Shown: one piece after another, positions 54,813-64,000 of the stretch | How positions within the stretch are numbered: position 1 is the first letter of the stretch | How the letters are laid out: each line of letters begins with the position of its first letter | Assembly (NCBI GenBank): GCA_013265495.1 | Contig: MU058213.1 | Location: 4,030,001 to 4,094,000, forward strand | Origin: Vicugna vicugna | Taxonomy: Eukaryota | Length of the DNA: 64,000 nt | Reading direction: 5' to 3' | Made by a program: the position numbers and the translations under genes | The notes under the pieces: model-generated | What the model saw: only the letters and a program-made list of their open reading frames with translations | What the model was told of the DNA's origin: nothing | The model's database searches: none

Positions 54813-55297
54813 CTGTTTAGGAAAAAGAAAAAGGGAAGAAAAATAATTTCTACAACCACAAATCCTGTGTCCCAAAACTGCTCTGGTTTCATTATAATGA
54901 TACTAAATAATTTTAAAACTAGTATTTTACATCTCCTAGCATAAATAATAGCAAAATATTATTTTATGTTTTAAAACACTCTTTGCATTAGTACACTCTT
55001 TGCATTAGTATTTAGGTTTCAAAAATGTGTTACTATACAGAAAATGAACATGAAATTGTATCAATAGATTCTAATGAAAGTTCTCTCAACACTGGTATGA
55101 AAGCTCTTTTAATTATAATTTAAAAATATTTAGACTTATGATACTGTGAAAATGAGCCGTACTATATTTTTTTCCTAGAAAAAAGTAAATTCTTTCTATT
55201 TTTTGCTATTTCTTGTTGGTTAACAAGTTGGAAAAGTAAATTCAAATATCTAATCAGACATTTCAAAGAAGTTTGTTATAGCAATGGTTGTATAAAG

Positions 55298-55510
55298 CAG
55301 TGCTATCTAATAAAACTTTCTGCAATACTGAAGACATTTTAGAGCTGCACTGTCCAATATGACAGCCACTAGACAGATGTGGCTATTGAGCACCTGAAAT
55401 ATGTCAGGTGTAACTGAGTAACCAAATTTTAAATTTTATTTAATTTTAATTAATTTAAGTTTAAACAGCTACATATGGCTAGTGGCTACAACACTGAACA
55501 CTGAACAGTG
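55298..55510 (+). mobile_element. MER3-like hAT-Charlie element
   Basis: cagtgctatctaataaaactttctgc...ctgtccaatatgacagccacta...tggctagtggctac. Confidence 0.85.
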
Positions 55511-56199
55511 TGAATATGGAGGCATAAATCAGAATAACTACTCCCAATCTACTAACTGGTTGAGACCCTTTGACTAAGTCCCTTCTCAAACCTAATCCTG
55601 TTATTCCACAGATAGGAAATAGGACCCAAGAAAAATCTAAATCACTTTCCCATAGCTATTTACTGACACTGCCAGACTCCTGATCCAACGTTCTTTCTAC
55701 TATACAGTATCAACTACAATCTTTACCTATGTGCTCTCATTAATTTGAAAATTATGTATGTATATGCATATATATATATAAAGTGAAACAACATATAAAT
55801 ACAAAAGAATGTTTTCTCTAAAGCTGAGATCTGCCAGATACATCACTATTTCCATTAAAATACAACCAATCATTTATAAAATTCAAATAGGTAATACACT
55901 GGGTAGTACTAAGCACAGTTACTGGCTCACAGCAGGCATTTCATAAATAAAAGTTCTTTACAAAATTCAAAGCAATATATAAATTAATATGTTTGTACCA
56001 CTATTCTAGGTGCACCTTAAGAGTATTTTTAGAAGTGGGATGCAATGGATTTTATGGGAGGTACAGGCAACTCAAACAAATTCACTTATATGTGCTCAAA
56101 GAAGAATAAAAAAAAGTGAAACATTGGGCAAGAAACAGATATTAAGTCAACAGGACAAAAAGAAGTTCTCCAAAATCCAGTACCTAGAAATCTTCTATC

Positions 56200-57300
56200 C
56201 ACAATCGCTCCCTAGTTACTGCATCATTTCATGGCTTTAAATATCATTTATCTAACTGCCCAGTTGACATTACTACTTGATGTCTAATACTCATCTCAAA
56301 CCAATATAGGCAAAACTGAATTTTGCATTTCTTCCCTACCTCCCTGCCCCCCCCCAAAATATGTTCCTTCCCCAGTCTTCACCATATGACAGTATATGAA
56401 AATTCTATTCTTGTAACTGCTTCGAAAAAAACTTCTCTCTCATATCCCGTATTGAAACCATTAATGAAACCTGGCAGCTCTACCTTCAAAAACTGTCATG
56501 ATATATTCACTTATTACCTCCAACGACTGCTACCATACGTGTCCAAGCCACTCACCTTGACTATAACCTCCTATCTTCTCCCTGTCATGTTCTTTCCTCC
56601 CTATGGCCTATTCTCCCCATAGCTGCCAGTGATCTTTCACATGCTTAAAATGCTGATGCGGAGGATGCTACAGCTTAGTGGTAGAGCACATGCTTAGCCT
56701 GCATGAGGTCCTGAGTTCAATCCCCAGTACCTCTATTAAATAAAATAAAATTTAAAAATAACACTAATTATCTTCCACCCACCAAAAAAAATGTTGATGG
56801 TTTTCCAAAGTCCTGAATCTGGTTTACAAGGCTCTCTATGAATTGGCCTGCATTCTATTGCTACAACCTTATGTCCTACTACTTTTCCTCTTTATACTTT
56901 ACTCTGCTCCCATTCTTTGAATGCCCAGGTATACATTCACTTCACTCCCTATATAACGTTACCTCTTCTAGATTTCCACATGGATTACCCCTTTATTTCC
57001 TTCAAAGAGGCCCTTTTTGACCACTATATATACAAAACAGCAACCATTTCTCCACTCCCACCATCTCCCCAATCCTTAGCAGTCCTCATCCTCCACATTT
57101 TCCTTCCACAGTACTTATCACCAGCCACAGTAAGATCACAGGATACATTCAAACATAAGCACACATGTATTTATTCTTTTTTCTCCACTATAATCCAAAT
57201 TTCACAGGACACAAATTTTGTATTGTTCACTGCAATATAGTACCTAAAAGAGTCCCTGGCACCTAGTAAGGCACTTAATAAATATTTGTTAAATAAATGG
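56200..57300 (+). mobile_element. L2a LINE fragment interrupted by the SINE at 56659-56787
   Basis: gacattactacttgatgtctaatactcatctcaaac ... cctggcacctagtaaggcacttaataaatatttgttaaataaatg. Confidence 0.75.
56659..56787 (+). mobile_element. tRNA-derived SINE, Vic-1-like (camelid)
   Basis: A box cagcttagtggtagagc, B box gagttcaatccc, tail ...ctaattatcttccaccc plus A-run; TSD aaaatgctgatg / aaaatgttgatg. Confidence 0.85.
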
Positions 57301-58551
57301 ATAGTGAGACAGAAAGCAAGAGACTGACAGTACGTAAGAGCAGCAGGTACAATTTAACAAGCTCAAAATGTCTGCCACTCCATTCAGTGAACATCTGGCC
57401 AAAATCCTGAGACAGAAGAATACATTAATCTACTATTCTTAGCTGGATACAACTCTGGCACATCTCTCTTGTTTATGTATGCATTTCAGTGTGCAAAAGG
57501 TGATAAAGAGATAGTACATTTTTTAATAACATGATGTTCAACCAAAGAAATAGTGATCTATTTGAAGGGTAGAGAAGTAATTACATGTTGAACTTTTTTA
57601 ATAAGCATACTACACTGTTTGGGAGATATGAGGGATATAAGGGTAATTCTGACTAGAATTCTGACTACAATTTCTGACCCTAGACCCAATACCAATGTGA
57701 AATCTGACTCTGTGGTAAAACAATAAAATCTTGGGCTCAGAATTCAAATTTTTAACTCTGCATTTTATTAGGCAATATGATACTGAGCAACTTACTTACT
57801 CCAAAACGTTGTTTCCTGTCTATAAGGGTGATTGTGAGGATTAAACAAGATATTGCATGTAAAGCACCTGCTACTGTCATAAAGTAAATGACTGCATATG
57901 TTGACTGCTTACTGTTTTTATTAAAGATGTAATGAACATGTTTAACACATCCACAATCACTTTCATTATTTCTGAAGAGTGATATAAACTGGATTGTTAG
58001 CACTAAAATCACCCAAGACTTAACAATATATCCTCTTAAAGAAACGTTACAACCAAAGTCTTTTAAGACAATAAAATGAGCCATAGAGTCAGCAATTCTT
58101 ATTATCTAATACTGCACCAATAATGTGATCTCAATTATAAGTTTTTGCTCAGCTATGGTTTTCCAGCCTTTTGTAAATAATCATACAAATTGTAAATACC
58201 TTGAAGGATGACTAATGGTTGTTCTTATTAATGGAGTCTCCTCTCTTAATTACTGGTTGTCTACCTAGTAGGTACTCCAGAAAAACAGACAAACAAACAA
58301 AAAACAACTGGACACCCATAGGAAGTGAAGACATAAAACTCAGGTATAAAAACTGATTATAAATCACATGGCCCACATAGTGGGCCCACATATTTCTTTC
58401 ATTCTTTCCACATCCACATTTCACTCTGGAGCTTAGTAAAGCATATGGGAAAACTGATGTTAAAAGCCCATAATGAAACAGAACTACTGTTTTATACTTC
58501 ATTCTCCCTTTCAAAATTAAAGGTCAAAGATGAAATATAGAGTACCAGGAA

Positions 58552-58790
58552 CAGTGTTTCTTAAACTCTGTTCCATAAATGTTAATAGATATTGTGCAAA
58601 TAAAGGGTTCAATGGCCAAGTAAGTTTGGGAAAAATACATACTTTATCCCTTGCATAGAGATTTATAATATTCATTAGCATATTAAAATCTCTGAGGATT
58701 CTTGTTTTAAAAAAGAAATGAAACTGTTTAATTTTGTAAACCTAGGAATTTACCAAATTCTTTTATCATTAACACCTGACAGAACATTGC
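58552..58790 (+). mobile_element. MER113-like hAT-Charlie fragment (a similar piece lies at ~34105-34300)
   Basis: cagtgtttcttaaact...gggttcaatggccaagtaagtttgggaaa...cattagcatattaaaatctctgag. Confidence 0.55.
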
Positions 58791-59870
58791 TGGAGAAACC
58801 TAGAATAGAAAGGTCTTGCCAGAACTTCTCAACGATGGGTGGCATCCTAGTCACAACATAGGTGATCCCGATTCATTTGGAAATTCTACTTTTATGATCT
58901 TTCCCAATTAAAAAACACAAGTCCATTTCATGATTATCTAATGACTAGAATGGAAAGCAAAGCAAGCACCAATGCTGAGTAAACTGACATGCCAATTTAA
59001 TCAATAATAAGAAAAGGTAATGAGCTGATTAGTGAGGCGGCAAAACTTGATTACATGATCAGATTCAGTAAATCCATCGTCTTCTGGTTTTGGCAAAGGC
59101 ACTGCTGTTGCTCTTTTGACCACTTAAGAACAGGATCAGTATTGCATAAAAGTTTTCAGCCCAAACAAAGGACGATTTAATTGCTTCAGGAAAAGAACCA
59201 GTAAATGTAACAACAGAATGAGAAAGAAGTGTATAAGCACTAATACTGGGTCCCAAAAATTACACAGCAGAACTGCCAGACGTCATCCACAAATCAAGCT
59301 ATGATCTAAATATAGTTCTTTGGCAGAGTTCATATATCAAGAAATACATAAGTGTCATTACTGCTTCCTCCATCACTGGCAGCTATGAGACCACTCCTGG
59401 TAAATGATGCCAACATGTCTTCATACAATAAGGGGGCTAAAAGAAGAAGTAAAGTTTGAAGAGGAAGAGGAAAACAAGATTATGAGTTCTCAATTTCTTC
59501 TTTATCAGTTGAAACTCATCTTTTCCCCTGCTCCTGATAATAACCTTCAAAATCATCCCCATGCCCACTCAGACTCTGAAATATCCAATCCTTCAGCTAT
59601 TCTTCCACTCATCTTCTCTTTTTCCCTTCAATCAAAGTTTCCTATTTCTAGCTATCTTTCAGAATTTTCATGTATGAGCCATATCATCACTAAAAAGGAA
59701 GCAAGAAAAAGAAGTGGAAGTTTAACAAATAATTTGGCATAAACTACAAATCAAACACATCATTTGGAACAACAATGCTTCCCTTGCAGAACAAACCTAA
59801 CCATTGTTCTAAGTCATAATCTATCTTTTCTTTAAAACAACATGAACAAATAAGAACTTATAAATCTCAC

Positions 59871-60017
59871 CTGATGCTTCATATAATGATGCATATAGGG
59901 TGTTGCAATTTTAATAACTTTGAGGCAAAATGGACATAGCAAGTTCTTAGTGTTTTCATGGGATGTTCTAAAATGAGTTTCTACATCAGAAAACGATGAT
60001 GACCTATAATTGCAAAC
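59871..60017 (-). CDS. ZNF280D: ZNF280D coding exon (VCNYRSSSFSDVETHFRTSH...CPFCLK...HYMKHQ)
   Basis: Acceptor tttgatag|GTT, donor CAG|gtgaga; 147 nt; phase 0 to 0. Confidence 0.96.
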
Positions 60018-60567
60018 CTATCAAAAAAAGAAGATTTAGTTTAACTTGAAAATTTATAATGATATCCAATCACAAAGTAACAATGACAGGTCACTTGTTT
60101 AGAAGAATATGATGTACTATTATTAATTCATAATGATGCCTACATAACCAAGAATCCCACTAATGCAAGCGCCAAAAGATCATCTTTGAGACAGAAGAGT
60201 TCAAAGTTTAGGGATACTTCCCAAAATATAACTAGATTCCCTTCTTTTTATCAGATATTTTTGTTACTCCCAATCTTGACTTGAAATTTCGAGTTCTGAC
60301 ACCTCTTGTCCTATAAAGTTCTTCCTGCTATATAAAATGGCATCTTCCTTTAGATTATATATGGCCTCCAGGCTATGGCAGTGACTATTTTTATCTTATT
60401 TTCAAACTATTCCTCCAAATTTGGAAAAATGCTAGTCCCAAAACATTTGGTAGGGTTCTCTGAAATAAAAGTATTTCATATTTTTCTTGGATGCCTACAT
60501 TCTTCCATACATAGCAAGGTAAGTCCATGTTTGCCTTTCTGCCACAGGGTTTTTCTTTATCTAGTAC

Positions 60568-60944
60568 AGGAGTGGTCAAACAACATCCTGTGGGTCAGTT
60601 TCAACTCTCTGCTGGCCCCACGTACAATACATGAGTTGTGCCAAGGGACTTTCTACTAATAAATTATTTATGAGAAATTATAATTTCATTAAATTAATCT
60701 AAATGGTTAGAAAAATAAAACAATATATATCCTGACAATTGAAAATTATATGAAATTCAAATTTCAGTTGAAATTTGATTCAAAGTTTTATTGAAACACA
60801 GTCACACCCATTCATTTACTTACTGTCTATGGCTGTCTTCGTGCTACAATGGCAAAATTAATTAGTTGCAACAGAGACCTATGACCCTAAAAGCCTGAAT
60901 ATTTACTATCTTGTCCTTTACAGAAAAAATTTGCTGACGCTTGG
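60568..60944 (+). mobile_element. MER58B/C-like hAT-Charlie element
   Basis: aaagttttattgaaacacagtcacacccattcattta...tttacagaaaaaatttgctgacgcttg. Confidence 0.75.
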
Positions 60945-61021
60945 CCTAATAGTTTTACATCTTGTAACCAAAACAACAGATAACAAACAAATACCATGTA
61001 TATAATAAAATATGTGTATAC

Positions 61022-61122
61022 CTGGCAAATATACGGCATTTCACCAGGTTTATGATTGTCCTTCATATGTTGTAAAAGAATATGCTCTGTTTCAAATGAT
61101 AATTCACATATTTTGCAAATGG
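61022..61122 (-). CDS. ZNF280D: ZNF280D coding exon ([33 protein letters not shown])
   Basis: Acceptor cttttag|CC, donor CAG|gtatac; 101 nt; phase 1 to 0; C2H2 finger. Confidence 0.96.
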
Positions 61123-61359
61123 CTAAAAGTGGGAGGAAAAAAAGACATTACACCATTTTAGTATGTATATATATACACACACACACAAGTATCGAATGAT
61201 TATGTTGTACACTCGAAACTAAAAATTATATCAATTACTCCTCAATTTTTAAAAAAGTATCCTCTCAACGCAAACAAAAGATTATATATATATATAAATA
61301 TTTTATATATCTATATCAACAATAATAATAACAGTAGTACTGGTAGTGGCAGTGGTGGT

Positions 61360-61590
61360 GAACAGTTACATAGTGATTAACTGTGTGTCAAGCACAGTTC
61401 TAAACACTTTACTTACATTAACTCACTTAATTTCTATAACAACATTATGAAGTAGGTATTTCTACTATCTCTATTATTCAAATACTAAGGAACTTGCCTG
61501 AGATCACATGAGGAACATATATTAAGAGGCAGAGCTGGGATTTGAACCTAAGCTGTCTTGCTTCAAAATCTGTGATTTTAACTACCACTG
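61360..61590 (-). mobile_element. MIR SINE
   Basis: cacagttctaaacacttt...aactcacttaat...aacttgcctgagatcaca...ggcagagctgggatttgaacct. Confidence 0.8.
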
Positions 61591-61902
61591 GATTTACTTT
61601 TCTTTTTCAAGTTCAAATGAAGGGCATTGACTTCATATTTGAAAACTATGTCATCTGAGGCTTCTAATTTAGTCCCCCACATATAACGCACAGGTTATTT
61701 ACTCTAATGAATTATTTACAAGAGGGACTTTAATTTTAGTAATTTTTATTTTAAAGTTTATGTAAGTTAAAACTTAACTTCTTCAATTCTACTCCCAAAT
61801 TTCAAAGTCTCTTTCTTATTTTTCTAATGTGCTTGTTCAGCTTTTCAGAGTTTATACTGTTAAAATCAACAATATTCAATTTTTAAACGAACTGTAACTT
61901 AC

Positions 61903-62060
61903 TAGAAAATTCATGGGGGGTGTGTGTACTTTCAATGTGACACTGCAGTTGAAATGGTGTGGGAAACTGACGGTAGCAGTGCTGGCAGGTGGTGTGGTTT
62001 TCCCAGCTTTCACTGCTCTGCTTCTCAAGTTCCAAATGGTGTTTCATGTGGTTCATAAAC
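61903..62060 (-). CDS. ZNF280D: ZNF280D coding exon (FMNHMKHH...[24 protein letters not shown]), C2H2 fingers
   Basis: Acceptor tttatag|G, donor A|gtaagt; 158 nt; phase 2 to 1. Confidence 0.96.
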
Positions 62061-64000
62061 CTATAAATGATTGTCAACAGGTGCAAAAATTCAGATTTAA
62101 AAACAAAATCTCACAAATAAATACTTGCATCTAAATCTTAAAATTACAGATACATTACTAAAATAAAATCTCAAAAAGCCTTAAAGTCCTCTGGAAAAGT
62201 GTGCACTTTAAATAAACACTTTCATTAAGTAGCTAAGTAAACATCTTTTTATCTTTGTTTTAAAATAATTCATTAATACCATTAATCTGACATATCACTA
62301 ATTTGTTCTCAATCATTTGAGATTATTAAAAATTTTAAGATAAAACAAGTTTATTTTCCATACAAGAAATACTACTTATATTTTTAAATAAAATACTGAA
62401 AGGAAGAAAACTACCACCAAAAGCAACTACAGAGTCATGAGAGAAATCTTTTAAGGCTGTGAAGATATACAATAGATTCCAGCTGCTTAAAAGACAAATT
62501 ACTGGTATTTTTACTTGTGTCTTGGTTTCTAAATGCATGTAATAGCAATTTTAATGCCTACAATTACAAGAACCTTTTGTTTTATTTAATGATACTGGTT
62601 TACTGTTAGCATAGACTGCTCATTTTAACTTGCAGACTGTGCCCTTTGTAGGCAATGCCCATTTTTCAGTTTTAAATTCTGCTATTTCAGCTTCCCTAAA
62701 AGGCTTCTTATGAGCAGGAACTATGACCTTCAATAGCAGAGAGTGCAATAAAAATGGTATACCTATTTAAAAGAGCTTACTGAAGCTTTTTGCTGAATTT
62801 GAAAGTAAAGTTATTCAATCAAAGTAACAATTTTTAGACTGGGTCAACTATTAACAATTATTCACTTTGAGTTCCTACAGGAAATAATGTTGAAACTACG
62901 TGATGATGTCATCAATGTGGATAGCAATCATCATAAAGGTTATAGCATTTCTTTCTTTTTCACACCTCCACAATACTACTCCTTAGTACAGGTTATGGTG
63001 CACTTTGAAATATCTTTTAGTCTTCCTTTGGTTTCAACATCTGCTCTACAAACACCTACACTAAATCATAGTCTTGGCTAAACATTTACATGTAGAGAAA
63101 ATGTCACGAGCCATTAAACTTTCAGCTCACAACTTTCAGCAATTAAAGTGTATCTATATAAAATAATCTCTTAACTAGCAAGTTTTCTCTCAGTTATTAT
63201 ATGAGCCCCCATTAGGAGTTCATACTACTTAAACCAACAGATGGAAATGAGGGAAACAAAAAAAAAGCAAGCATCTTGCAAGGATATTCACAGAACAAAA
63301 TAAACCTGTTTCAGGTGACACTCCATATAGGAAAAAAAAAAACCGTACTACAATATGTTGACAGGACAGCGAGTAGAAAGTTAGTTACCACTTTCTTACC
63401 ATTCTCTACAAACATCAACTTACCCTCCTAGTTCTTACCAACAATGGAAAATATTACTTAACATGTCTAAATCCTTTGGTTATAAAGTATTTGCCATCAA
63501 GGTTACATTTACTAAACAATCAGTATCTCAAAAGATGTTCAATTCCTGAATGTTACCACATGCTCTTTGCTTAAAATTTCTACATTTTGAGATACTCTAG
63601 AAATATATAACTAGTATTCTGAAACAATGACAAAAAAATTTTTTATTTTCATATGTTTAAAATTAATGTATTAATCTCAAAGGTAAAGCCAAAAAACTAC
63701 TGCTGAAATAATTTCTAATATCATATACATAATATTTGAGTATAACAAAGATCTAAGCTGGTGAGCCATATTTCTATGCTTTTTACTATATTTATTAATA
63801 TGATTTTTCTGGTGTATTTTACTAAAATGGGAAAAATATGGACTGGGGACAGAGCTCTACTGTAATATTGCTTCAGTGTTGTATCACATCCCTTCTGTTA
63901 AACTATTGGGACCATTAGCTATCTATGGTCATTAAAGTTTGAAAAAAGGGAGATAAAAGAAATGTGAAAACTCATGAAATAACATACGTTAGGTAATTTT

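Larger units (their letters stand above)
5130..62060 (-). other. ZNF280D: ZNF280D gene body, 3' portion (earlier exons lie beyond the right edge of the window)
   Basis: Twelve phase-compatible GT-AG exons splice to about 644 aa ([14 protein letters not shown]...ADEKEKS*), closely matching the mammalian ZNF280D sequence as I recall it. The 3' end is inferred from the AATAAA at 5148-5153. Confidence 0.96.

Noticed and set aside
56659..56735. tRNA-like sequence with A and B boxes
   Set aside because: Followed by a SINE tail and flanked by a TSD, with a degenerate acceptor stem. It is a SINE, not a tRNA gene.
1..64000. CRISPR arrays, rRNA genes or prokaryotic-type systems
   Set aside because: No regularly spaced repeat-spacer structure, rRNA similarity or operon-like ORF density. 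The sequence is intron-rich mammalian DNA.

Overview
Mammalian genomic DNA, AT-rich and repeat-rich, probably camelid (it carries a Vic-1-type tRNA-derived SINE). The window holds the 3' two-thirds of ZNF280D (SUHW4) on the minus strand: 12 coding exons from 62060 down to the stop at 6440, with all GT-AG junctions and reading phases checked by hand, then a ~1.3 kb 3' UTR. Beyond that gene model there are three signals of note. (1) Two extra candidate exons in the 12 kb intron (37752-37944 and a 26/29-nt micro-exon at 28424-28449/28452) together restore frame and would insert 73-74 aa. (2) Just downstream of ZNF280D is a compact minus-strand multi-exon unit (~860-3750) with an RFX-like X-box and three CCAAT boxes; its exon-like blocks read as decayed protein (candidate unitary pseudogene or lncRNA). 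(3) A near-complete fossil hAT (Tip100/Zaphod-like) transposase with MER96B-like ends sits in a nested HAL1 / Charlie1 / hAT / L1MB stack. Repeat family names come from recalled consensus similarity, not a database search, and repeat boundaries are approximate.
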